Origin: a virus
Taxonomy: Duplodnaviria > Caudoviricetes
Length of the DNA stretch: 64,000 bases
Reading direction: 5' to 3' (one strand)
Virus record (IMG/VR): IMGVR_UViG_3300021519_001244
Span: 1,749 to 65,748 of that record
Below the pieces are notes generated by a model. It saw nothing but the letters and a program-made list of their open reading frames with translations. It did no database searches and had not been told where the DNA came from. Shown here piece after piece: positions 55,973-64,000 of the stretch. Position 1 is the stretch's first letter. The number at the start of each line of letters is the position of its first letter. Made by a program: the position numbers and the translations under genes.

Positions 55973-57418
55973 ATGCTGTTTGAAGTTCATGCTGAACGAA
56001 ACTCTGAAGACAAAAAAATATTTTATTATGATAACGAAACAAATACGTTGTCTGATGCTAACAATAATATATTCGAATACCCCGTTGAACAAATTATAAA
56101 CAAAGAACTTGATATTGTAACTAGAGCATTTTCTAAAGAAGATCCGTTACGTAAGTCCACTAAAATTAGTACGTTAAAGATTCAAATGGGTTTGTCTTGC
56201 AATTATTCGTGCGACTATTGTTCGCAAAAGTTTGTTGAACGGCCTCCAGAAACAAATAGAAAAGACATTGATGATTTCTTGGCAAAATTGGAAGTGTTGG
56301 AATTTAACGAAGCCACTGGATTAAAGATTGAATTTTGGGGAGGTGAGCCATTTGTATATTGGAAAACTCTCAAACCATTGGCTGAAGCGTTAGTTGAAAA
56401 ATTTAGCACATGGAAAACAAAGCCGAGACTAAGTGTCATAACAAACGGATCGTTGTTAACCAGAGAAATTTGCTCGTGGTTGTACTATATGGGATTCAGT
56501 GTAGGCATTAGTCACGACGGGCCGGGGCAAAGTGTACGTGGACCTGATCCTTTCTTAGATCCTGAGAAGAAAAAAATAGTATTAGAGTTTTATAACATTA
56601 TGCGACAAGTTAATCGCATAAGTTTTAACTCAATGTTGAATAATAAAAATACCAGTCGAAAAGCCGTATACGAGTGGTTTGTAGAGTTTACCGGAGACCC
56701 AAACGTTGTTGTCGGGGAAGGCTCAATTGTTGATGCATATGACGAAGACGGGTCAAATAGTTCACTAGATACACTAAACGAACATTTTGCATACAGACAG
56801 TTATCATTTAATGATATGTATTCTACAAATGGCCAAATTGGGTTTATAAATATCAAAGACAAAGTCAATGGGTTTGTGCGTAGCGTATTGACGCACAAAA
56901 AATCAGAAGGGCTAGGCCAGAAGTGCGGCATGGACGATGAGCATACTATTGCCATAGATCTTAAGGGCAATGTTGTCACTTGCCAAAATGTTAGTGTAAT
57001 GGAAACCAGTAAGAATGGTGAAAGCCACCTAGGTGGCAACTTAGCTGAGTATGATGCAGTAGAACTTAAATCTGTTACGCATTGGAAAAATAGAGCAAAC
57101 TGTTCTGGTTGTCCAGTACTGCATCTGTGCAAAGGCGCATGTATGTATCTAGACGGCAAGTACTGGGACATCACTTGTAATAATGCTTACTCCGACAACA
57201 TTCCATTATTTGCCTTGGGCTTTGAAAAAATTACCGGATACATTCCAACACTAATTAAAGGTGACGGACTTCCGCTAGAGCGCCAAGATATATGGGGTAC
57301 CATATATGAGCATAAAGAAAAAGCTAAAAAGAAACTGATACCCATTAAAGTTGTAAATGAAAAGATTGCTGTCATTGACGACGTGGAAGTATACGGGCAG
57401 TCAAGAATAGGAGAATAA
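55973..57418 (+). CDS. radical SAM/SPASM-domain protein
   Basis: CNYSCDYC, FWGGEP, ITNGS, ISHDG; KCG, TCQ, CSGCPVLHLCKGAC-x10-C. Confidence 0.92.
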   Translation: MLFEVHAERNSEDKKIFYYDNETNTLSDANNNIFEYPVEQIINKELDIVTRAFSKEDPLRKSTKISTLKIQMGLSCNYSCDYCSQKFVERPPETNRKDIDDFLAKLEVLEFNEATGLKIEFWGGEPFVYWKTLKPLAEALVEKFSTWKTKPRLSVITNGSLLTREICSWLYYMGFSVGISHDGPGQSVRGPDPFLDPEKKKIVLEFYNIMRQVNRISFNSMLNNKNTSRKAVYEWFVEFTGDPNVVVGEGSIVDAYDEDGSNSSLDTLNEHFAYRQLSFNDMYSTNGQIGFINIKDKVNGFVRSVLTHKKSEGLGQKCGMDDEHTIAIDLKGNVVTCQNVSVMETSKNGESHLGGNLAEYDAVELKSVTHWKNRANCSGCPVLHLCKGACMYLDGKYWDITCNNAYSDNIPLFALGFEKITGYIPTLIKGDGLPLERQDIWGTIYEHKEKAKKKLIPIKVVNEKIAVIDDVEVYGQSRIGE

Positions 57419-57420
57419 CA

Positions 57421-58074
57421 ATGTGGACCACAACGTTAAAATTAGAAGAATTTATAAACACATCTAAGAAACATGCCGAGATAGTTAATATTACTGCACA
57501 GGCGCCCACAGACTTAATGTTGGCCCAAATTTCTGATGCGTATACTTTTGCCGAGATCCCGACACATTTTACATTTACCGTCAAAGACTCCGATGGAGTA
57601 TCACGTGAATTAAGCATACTAGTTCCAAGTGAGGTTTGGCAAAAGATGGAAATACCCGTTACGGAATTAGTCAAGGCCGCTAATAGATTTAAAGTTGCCC
57701 CAATTATATACACACATTTTATAAGACCCGATATCGTTGATGGTTGTGAATTATATGGATGCCTTATTAATCCAATGCTCGCCCCTCCGGAGCCACTTGC
57801 AAAATTACTCAATGAACTAAAAGTTTTACCCCGTGTTATAGATGCAAAAGCCTTTAATATAGTGGACCCGGCTCAGTTAGCGGCTGCTGGGTGTAATGAG
57901 GCTGTGCGAATTTTCCTTGAACTGGATATTATTACCGAAGCCAGGCTAGATCAATACGATGATAGTATATTTGATCGTCATGATTTCTTAGTTCCAAGTA
58001 TTGGTTATATGAGCGAAGAAGCGCACGAGCATATTATTAATACCGCAAAAGAATATTTAAATAATATAAAATAA
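57421..58074 (+). CDS. hypothetical protein in the radical SAM operon
   Basis: AGGAG SD; abuts both neighbours. Confidence 0.7.
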   Translation: MWTTTLKLEEFINTSKKHAEIVNITAQAPTDLMLAQISDAYTFAEIPTHFTFTVKDSDGVSRELSILVPSEVWQKMEIPVTELVKAANRFKVAPIIYTHFIRPDIVDGCELYGCLINPMLAPPEPLAKLLNELKVLPRVIDAKAFNIVDPAQLAAAGCNEAVRIFLELDIITEARLDQYDDSIFDRHDFLVPSIGYMSEEAHEHIINTAKEYLNNIK

Positions 58075-58701
58075 ATGATCAAACAGTTAAACAATTTGTT
58101 TAGCACACCGTTTTGGACCTTTGACTTTCATAAAGACAATCCACAATTGGCTAAAACCGTCCAGATGGATGGACTTACCTTTAGTAAATATGTTACAGAC
58201 AAAAAAGCCAAAAACGAAACACCTACAAATATTCGTTATGATTTCTTTAATCACATTGGGTACGGTATCAGTGGACTACGCGAGAACACAACAAACGCAA
58301 TAATCGAAGTTGCAAAAGATCAACAGTGGACAGACTACACAGTTGATATACGTGCCAGACAAAATGTAATTTTCCCGGGACAATGCGATACCCCTCATCA
58401 TCATCAAGGATTAGATTTAATTGGTGTGTATTACGTTACTGTTCCAGAAAATAGTGGTGACATATTGTTATTTGAAACCAGGGGCAGTATTAACCGTTTA
58501 TGGGAAGATCCAATGGTAACTCCCGATTCGATGGGCCGCACAGGCAGAGTTTATTACAGGCATAAGCCACAAGTTGGTACATTGATAATGTTCCCTAGTT
58601 ATCTATTCCATGCAGTTGAAACAAATTTAAGCAACGAAAATAGAATTTCTATTGTGATGGATATACGGATAAACAAGGAATACGACGACGTATATGTTTA
58701 A
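58075..58701 (+). CDS. 2OG-Fe(II) oxygenase (TIGR02466-like)
   Basis: PHHH, GVYYV-VPENSGDI, P..GTLIMFPSYLFHAV..N..RISI. Confidence 0.85.
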   Translation: MIKQLNNLFSTPFWTFDFHKDNPQLAKTVQMDGLTFSKYVTDKKAKNETPTNIRYDFFNHIGYGISGLRENTTNAIIEVAKDQQWTDYTVDIRARQNVIFPGQCDTPHHHQGLDLIGVYYVTVPENSGDILLFETRGSINRLWEDPMVTPDSMGRTGRVYYRHKPQVGTLIMFPSYLFHAVETNLSNENRISIVMDIRINKEYDDVYV

Positions 58702-59848
58702 ATATGTAATAGTCGGGGGCGGAACTGCAGGTTGGTTAACTGCGCTATTTGTCAAAGAAAAATTCCCATACAGCGACGTCACAGTAATAGCAAGCTCTGA
58801 AATTGGCATACTTGGTGCTGGTGAAGGGACTACCCCACCGTTCATAAACTTTTTAGCAAAAATAAAAATTAACCCAGACGAAATTATATCCAACTGCCTT
58901 GGTACAGTAAAGACTGGCATTAAGTTTACTAACTGGTGTGGCGACACCAAACACTATTATCACAACTTCTTAGCCGACACACGGCAAGGAGACTCGGCTC
59001 TGCACTTTGATGCAAACTTGTTGGCAAAGTATTTGCAAACAGTTGGAATTAAACGTGGTATTAAACTAGTTGATAACGAAGTAACTGATGTATGTGCCGA
59101 CTCCAATAACAATATAACAAGTCTTATACTTAAAGATAAAACGTCTATAGACCTAGACTTTGTATTTGATTGCTCGGGCTTTCGACGATTAATAATTGGC
59201 AAGCATTATAACGCTAAATGGACATCGTACAAAAAAATATTACCCGTCGACCGTGCTATGCCATTCTTTCTTCAAAACGATAATACCAACCTTCCTGTAT
59301 ATACAGAAGCGATAGCACTTAGACATGGATGGATGTGGAAGATACCAGTACAAGGAAGATACGGATGTGGTTACGTGTTTGATAGCGGTCGTGCCACAGA
59401 CAGCGAAATTAAAGAAGAAATAGAAGAACATCTAGGACACGAGATTGTTAGTCCACGTATGTTTAGTTTTGATGCTGGATGCTTTGAAGATACCTGGATT
59501 AACAATTGCGTGGCAATTGGATTAAGTTCGGGATTTTCAGAACCACTTGAAGCCACTAGCATATGGGTACAAACAACTAGTCTGACTTTCTTGCTTAAAA
59601 ATATCAACGGAATAATACTAACAGACACTGATGCAAAGCGTAGATACAACGATGCTGTAAAAACTATGAATTTAGAAATAGCAAAATTTTTACATTTTCA
59701 TTATCTAACTAACAGACAGGATAGTGATTTCTGGAGAAGTTTTGAAGTACCAAATGTATTTAATATGCATAGCAGCGGAGAACTACTCACGTTTGCAGAA
59801 TACAATTGGGAAACAATACAAAAAGGGATTGGATATGGTAACCGTTGA
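58694..59848 (+). CDS. tryptophan-halogenase-like flavin-dependent enzyme
   Basis: GGGTAGW, GAGEGT, K in TVKTGI, FDCSGF, GWMWKIP (WxWxIP), GLSSGFSEPLEATSI. Confidence 0.88.
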   Translation: MFKYVIVGGGTAGWLTALFVKEKFPYSDVTVIASSEIGILGAGEGTTPPFINFLAKIKINPDEIISNCLGTVKTGIKFTNWCGDTKHYYHNFLADTRQGDSALHFDANLLAKYLQTVGIKRGIKLVDNEVTDVCADSNNNITSLILKDKTSIDLDFVFDCSGFRRLIIGKHYNAKWTSYKKILPVDRAMPFFLQNDNTNLPVYTEAIALRHGWMWKIPVQGRYGCGYVFDSGRATDSEIKEEIEEHLGHEIVSPRMFSFDAGCFEDTWINNCVAIGLSSGFSEPLEATSIWVQTTSLTFLLKNINGIILTDTDAKRRYNDAVKTMNLEIAKFLHFHYLTNRQDSDFWRSFEVPNVFNMHSSGELLTFAEYNWETIQKGIGYGNR

Positions 59849-60461
59849 TGCGTTTGGACATTGTATAGTTTTATCACATTGTGATAATAGTGACTACTAT
59901 ATCAACGATGATGTTATATCCGCAGTAGATAAAATTTTTGCATTACCCGAAGTACAGAATAGAGAGCGCGGCGCAGACTGGGATAGCCACCATGGAGAAG
60001 GCGAAACATCTGAGGTTAATCCTTATCTTGGACCAGCACATATACCGGGTGCAAGTAAGTTAGTACAATGGATTAAGTCCAGTTGTATTCGTGCATTGTC
60101 CGCATACAATATTACAGGAAACGACGTTGAAATCACGCGGTCTTGGATGAATCGAATGAACCAAGGTAGCCAAGGTAGATGTCATATACATACAGGAAAG
60201 GATATTTTAGGCCTAGAAGAATCACCGGACCTTGTTGCTATTTTTTATGTAAACAACCCAGACAACGGGTCAAAGTTAGTAATAGTCAAAGATGGTATCG
60301 CTGGTACATTGCCATCGGATATGCCAGAATCAGACAAAATATACATAACGCCATCAACCGGAGATTTAATCATACATCGCCCAGATGTATGGCATGCTGT
60401 CAGTGAGCATAAAAATCCGGACCCTAGAATTTGTTTTGTGTTCCAATTACGCAAAATATGA
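59835..60461 (+). CDS. 2OG-Fe(II) oxygenase (TIGR02466-like)
   Basis: SWMN, CHIH, IFYV, GDLII-..WHAV, RICFVF; likely start 59835. Confidence 0.8.
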   Translation: MVTVDAFGHCIVLSHCDNSDYYINDDVISAVDKIFALPEVQNRERGADWDSHHGEGETSEVNPYLGPAHIPGASKLVQWIKSSCIRALSAYNITGNDVEITRSWMNRMNQGSQGRCHIHTGKDILGLEESPDLVAIFYVNNPDNGSKLVIVKDGIAGTLPSDMPESDKIYITPSTGDLIIHRPDVWHAVSEHKNPDPRICFVFQLRKI

Positions 60462-60558
60462 GTCTGGGCAGATTAAATTTGACTATATTAGGGTATTATC
60501 GTATACTATACCAAGTATACAGTTAAATACTATTTTAAAAGAAGGAAGTACAGTAATT

Positions 60559-60762
60559 ATGGCAACAGGTAAAGTTAAGTGGTTTAATGATGCAAAAGGT
60601 TTTGGATTTATTACACCTGATGGTGGTGGTGAAGATTTGTTTGCACATTTCTCAGCAATCAACAGCAGTGGATTTAAGTCACTGAAAGAAAATCAGCAAG
60701 TTACGTTTGATGTAACACAAGGCCCAAAAGGCAAACAAGCGTCAAATATTCAACCTCAGTAA
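60559..60762 (+). CDS. cold-shock protein (CspA family)
   Basis: [33 protein letters not shown]. Confidence 0.96.
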   Translation: MATGKVKWFNDAKGFGFITPDGGGEDLFAHFSAINSSGFKSLKENQQVTFDVTQGPKGKQASNIQPQ

Positions 60763-60764
60763 GG

Positions 60765-61118
60765 TTGTAAAGAATTGTTGTAATTCCTTCGTAGTGAAGG
60801 CATCTTGGACGCGGGGGCAGTACCCGCCCAGTCCACCAGAGAGTATATTATGATGTAATCTGAAGCCCAAACTAATCAAAATCGATAGATTATGATGAGG
60901 GCGGAACTTGTGTGTTGATAGCCTAACGGCAGGAGCCAAGATAATATACTCCCTAATGGGCTGGAAATAGTTTCGACAGGGTGAGATAGCGAAAGAGGCA
61001 ACACAGTAGGCGATGACTGTAAATCAAGCAAAATTATAACTGCAAACGATGAGTTATTCGCTTTAGCCGCTTAATACCGGCTTGCTGAGGTAGGGATACC
61101 AATAAACAGAAACTTCCA
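60765..61118 (+). ncRNA. ssrA: permuted (two-piece) tmRNA gene
   Basis: Acceptor piece ends CCAGTCC-ACCA at 60838; coding piece starts GGGCTGG-AAATAGTTTCGAC at 60958 (7-bp acceptor stem with G3.U70); tag 61042-61074 is ANDELFALAA*; outer ends approximate. Confidence 0.9.
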
Positions 61119-61119
61119 G

Positions 61120-61146
61120 AAAGCCCACTTTGGTGGGCTTTCTTTT
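61120..61146 (+). terminator. intrinsic terminator
   Basis: AAAGCCCAC-TTTG-GTGGGCTTT-CTTTT. Confidence 0.8.
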
Positions 61147-61176
61147 GTCAGTAAAATAATTGTATTAAATACTTAC

Positions 61177-62106
61177 ATGGATATTCAACAATACTTTGTA
61201 GACAACCAAGATAAACTTGATGTAGATTTTATAAATGCCACCTTAGATAAAAAGATTGAATGGCTTAATTTTCTGAAAGAATCTGCAGCAATTGATTTAT
61301 CTCTAGGACATATTATACAGCATAACCACACAGCACGATTAACAATTGAGTTGGTAAGTCCAGATCTTACTAAAGAATATTTACACGCACATCCATATAG
61401 TCAACTATTTGGCACCAGTAGCGTAATTAAACTTGATGATACTTGCCAAATTGATAATAACACATTATCTGGTGAAAAATTATTTGTTAGCGGGATTGAC
61501 AGAGCTGGATATCATGTTTTTTGGATGAATCATAATAATAAACAACAAATTGCCTTTGTTAAAGACCATGCCAATGGCGTATCGCACAATATGAATTATG
61601 TACCAATTGGCATGGAAGGCACTACCACAGGACATCTAGTTTTTGATAACGTAACAGATTTCCAGTTGCTGACTACTACAGCAGATGAACGATTGGCAAA
61701 AAGGTTATTTTTTCATAATATTGGATTCAATACGGTCAATCTTGGATTATGTCGAGCATTACTAGTAGACCTGTTCTTGTTTGTAGAATCAAAAAATATT
61801 CCGTTTGAGTTTGAAACTAAAGCCCTAACCCATTCATTGAATGTATATGCAGATTTATGGGAATCAAATTTGTATTGTTTACAAACCAACGGGTTTGATA
61901 ATTATCAATTAAAAAAGATAGCAACAACGTATTCTGAAGGCAAGCGGGTATTAATGTCAATAATTGAAAAATACTTAATGCTAGGCGACAGCCGTTATAC
62001 CCAGTATGGGATTGATAGCCAACGGTTTCGTGATGCATTAATCTACGTATCACACCGCACTAATTTTTACAATTCGCTGTCTACTGTATATAAACAGGGA
62101 AAATAA
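61177..62106 (+). CDS. acyl-CoA dehydrogenase-like flavoprotein, divergent
   Basis: LSGEKLFVSG, IGMEGTTTGHLVFDNV, RFRDA. Confidence 0.6.
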   Translation: MDIQQYFVDNQDKLDVDFINATLDKKIEWLNFLKESAAIDLSLGHIIQHNHTARLTIELVSPDLTKEYLHAHPYSQLFGTSSVIKLDDTCQIDNNTLSGEKLFVSGIDRAGYHVFWMNHNNKQQIAFVKDHANGVSHNMNYVPIGMEGTTTGHLVFDNVTDFQLLTTTADERLAKRLFFHNIGFNTVNLGLCRALLVDLFLFVESKNIPFEFETKALTHSLNVYADLWESNLYCLQTNGFDNYQLKKIATTYSEGKRVLMSIIEKYLMLGDSRYTQYGIDSQRFRDALIYVSHRTNFYNSLSTVYKQGK

Positions 62107-62163
62107 CACCTTATTGCTGGTAAATTCTCTTTAAGAATCAACGACTTACGTAGCCTATATTTC

Positions 62164-62220
62164 GGTTGTCCAATAAATCCATTTCCTGTATAATATACAC
62201 TTACACTAGCGAAACGGAGA
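62164..62220 (+). promoter_or_regulatory. early promoter/RBS cassette, family B
   Basis: TTGTCC-17-TATAAT...ACACTAGCGAAACGGAGA; identical to 62903..62959. Confidence 0.85.
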
Positions 62221-62226
62221 CAGCAA

Positions 62227-62382
62227 ATGAACAAGAAAATTCAAAGATTACAGAAGTTGGCTCTCAAAGAAACTCAAAGACTTATCGCTCATCATAGTGA
62301 ACACCGAACTGCCCGTGTTGTGCGTGACAAGTTCGAGGAAGCACTGGCTCTCAAAGAAACTCAAAGACTTATCGCTCATTGA
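62227..62382 (+). CDS. small hypothetical protein (51 aa) with internal duplication
   Basis: 35-bp direct repeat 62258-62292 / 62345-62379 encoding LALKETQRLIAH twice. Confidence 0.5.
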   Translation: MNKKIQRLQKLALKETQRLIAHHSEHRTARVVRDKFEEALALKETQRLIAH

Positions 62383-62450
62383 GGGGATTGACCCCCAAGC
62401 GAATGCAGGTGATTGGATGTGCTAATTGGAGAATATGCAGGAATAAAATT

Positions 62451-62508
62451 GGTTGACTTCTGGTCTGATCCTGTGTATAATACACACTTACACTAGCAAA
62501 ACGGAGAA
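62451..62508 (+). promoter_or_regulatory. early promoter/RBS cassette (variant)
   Basis: TTGACT-17-TATAAT then ACACTTACACTAGCAAAACGGAGA. Confidence 0.8.
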
Positions 62509-62513
62509 GCAAA

Positions 62514-62873
62514 ATGTATACAGCAAAAGTGGGTGACATGGTTGGTTACTTTCGTGTTGGTGGCACTGGTGGACACATGATGGGCGTGGGTTACGGCACG
62601 GTAACCAAAATCAACGGTCACGGTCATTACCACCTTGACACTGGTAAAGTGTTTGACAAGCATGGCAACGAGCGTGGTACCAATTATGGTGTTTGCCTGG
62701 TTAATGCAGAATATCTCCGTGAGCGTGTGGCCAAAGAACAAGCCCGTCAAGACAAAGCCGCAATGGTACGCAGCCTGATCCAGAAGCTGGAAGGCAGTTT
62801 TTCCTACTCCGGAACGGTGCATATTGATGGCGATGCCAAGCAGGAATTGCTGGCTATGGTGAATAGCCTTTAA
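62514..62873 (+). CDS. hypothetical early protein
   Basis: Follows cassette RBS. Confidence 0.75.
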   Translation: MYTAKVGDMVGYFRVGGTGGHMMGVGYGTVTKINGHGHYHLDTGKVFDKHGNERGTNYGVCLVNAEYLRERVAKEQARQDKAAMVRSLIQKLEGSFSYSGTVHIDGDAKQELLAMVNSL

Positions 62874-62902
62874 TAATCAATGACTTACAGCACCTGTATT
62901 TC

Positions 62903-62959
62903 GGTTGTCCAATAAATCCATTTCCTGTATAATATACACTTACACTAGCGAAACGGAGA
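62903..62959 (+). promoter_or_regulatory. early promoter/RBS cassette, family B
   Basis: Identical to 62164..62220. Confidence 0.85.
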
Positions 62960-62964
62960 AACAA

Positions 62965-63234
62965 ATGCTTACAGTTAAACAAGTTCGTGCGGTATTGGAA
63001 GGTCATGCGGACACGATTGGTAAAAACAAAGACGGCCATATCGTTGTGCGTAAAGGCTTCTTTTATACCAACGGAATGGATGCTGAGCAATTTGCCCAAG
63101 TGGTGCTGGCGCGATTAACGCGGTCGGGTATTGCGGCCCGTTTGGTAGACGCCAATTGCATTTGGAAAGCCTTCCGGGGTGGTGCTAGTGTAGCACAAGG
63201 CAGTCACTTTAAAGTGGTTTTGGTTGCCCAATAA
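62965..63234 (+). CDS. hypothetical early protein
   Basis: ATG 62965 follows GGAG; WKAFRGGASVAQGSHF-V. Confidence 0.75.
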   Translation: MLTVKQVRAVLEGHADTIGKNKDGHIVVRKGFFYTNGMDAEQFAQVVLARLTRSGIAARLVDANCIWKAFRGGASVAQGSHFKVVLVAQ

Positions 63235-63278
63235 ATCCATTTGCCGTATAATATACACTTACACTAGCGAAACGGAGA
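63222..63278 (+). promoter_or_regulatory. early promoter/RBS cassette, family B
   Basis: TTGCCC-17-TATAAT...ACACTAGCGAAACGGAGA. Confidence 0.85.
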
Positions 63279-63284
63279 AACAAA

Positions 63285-63989
63285 ATGCATACATTCCGAA
63301 CCCGTCAAGTCACTCCGCAAGTCCCAGCAATGCCAGGCATGACCCCCCTGGGTTTCCGCCCAGCTCGCAAGGCGGTGCAAGCCAACCCTGACCAAGTGGG
63401 TGCCATTGCGGCATTGGGCCAGGCCTTGCCCCAGCTGAGCAACAGCGACAGCCAGTTTGCCGCCAGCCTGTTACAGAACTTCAACCGGTATGGCAACCTG
63501 AGCGACAAGCAGATGCACTGGGTTAACACCTTAACTGCTCGTGCGGCGGCTCCCCGGCCGGCTCCAGTGGTATTGGTTACTGTGAACTTCCAACCCATAC
63601 AGGACCTGTTTGACAAAGCCGCACAGAAGCTGAAACGCATCCGGGTTAAACTGCAAACCACTGACGGCCAACCGGTTGTTATCGGCCGCGCCGGCCCCAT
63701 GAGCAAGTATACAGGGCAGATCCTGATCACAGACGGCGGTCCGTTTGGCGATAACAAGTTCTTTGGCCGCATTGACGTCACAGGCGAGTTCTTTGCTACT
63801 CGTAGTGCTACCACTGAAGTGTGCAATTTGGTGAAACAGTTTAGCGAAGACCCGGCCGGGTCAGCAGCACAATACGGCAAGCTCACAGGCGGTTGCAGTT
63901 TCTGCAAGCATGGGTTGACTGACAACCGTAGCCTGGCAGTGGGGTATGGCCCGGTTTGTGCTAAGAACTTTGGCTTGGTGTGGGGTTAA
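63285..63989 (+). CDS. DUF6011-like zinc-finger protein
   Basis: LSDKQ..W; C-terminal CSFC-..LTD..S...GYGPVCA. Confidence 0.75.
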   Translation: MHTFRTRQVTPQVPAMPGMTPLGFRPARKAVQANPDQVGAIAALGQALPQLSNSDSQFAASLLQNFNRYGNLSDKQMHWVNTLTARAAAPRPAPVVLVTVNFQPIQDLFDKAAQKLKRIRVKLQTTDGQPVVIGRAGPMSKYTGQILITDGGPFGDNKFFGRIDVTGEFFATRSATTEVCNLVKQFSEDPAGSAAQYGKLTGGCSFCKHGLTDNRSLAVGYGPVCAKNFGLVWG

Positions 63990-64000
63990 TATTTTGGTTG

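Noticed and set aside
60800-60838. Apparent tRNA ending in CCA
   Set aside because: Only T-arm and acceptor 3' strand are present; explained as the acceptor piece of the permuted tmRNA. No complete tRNA cloverleaf was recognised in the window
62164-63278. Regularly recurring ~57-bp repeats resembling a CRISPR array
   Set aside because: Repeats are promoter-RBS units and the spacers are 230-400-bp stretches containing genes; no cas genes in the window
1-64000. Stop-codon reassignment as in some jumbo phages
   Set aside because: Standard code already gives full-length known proteins and dense tiling; TAA, TAG and TGA all end recognisable genes
1-64000. Bacterial chromosome origin (clpP, pstS, rpsU, desaturase)
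   Set aside because: Host-like genes are isolated from their usual operons (no clpX, pstCAB, smpB, pur genes) and interspersed with phage-type hypothetical genes and promoters

Overview
This 64-kb window is best read as part of a large, AT-rich, T4-superfamily-like (jumbo) phage genome. It is very gene-dense and mostly on the + strand. It has repeated sigma70-type early promoter cassettes and many TAAATA late-promoter-like elements. No capsid, terminase or DNA polymerase genes fall in the window, so phage origin is inferred from gene content and layout. The cold-shock protein sequence and the tmRNA tag ANDELFALAA suggest a proteobacterial, probably betaproteobacterial, host (inference). Recognisable genes: RNA ligase, two radical SAM enzymes, a fibre-like protein plus sedolisin, bS21, Hsp20, ClpS, ClpP, CspA-family protein, PurD-like ligase, DEDDh exonuclease, CsgF/CsgG with curlin-repeat proteins, FecR, an autotransporter-like protein, PstS with a Pho box, a CHASE2 adenylate cyclase, a desaturase, a sugar dehydrogenase/amidinotransferase cluster, UvsE, a TorF-like porin and a permuted two-piece tmRNA. 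The strongest candidates for undescribed systems are four. (1) An Asn-Cys-rich polypeptide fused to an S74 auto-cleaving chaperone, followed by a radical SAM/SPASM enzyme, two 2OG-Fe(II) oxygenases and a flavin halogenase-like enzyme, resembling a RiPP-like virion-fibre modification system. (2) A tandem array of unrelated enzymes sharing an N-terminal M(R/K)xxE/D(F/I)xxE tag like the T4 capsid-targeting sequence, including a GVAEG-linked polyprotein. (3) A curli-like secretion module linked to FecR and a cyclase. (4) About 700 nt of highly structured non-coding RNA. All family calls come from motif recognition by eye; no searches were run.
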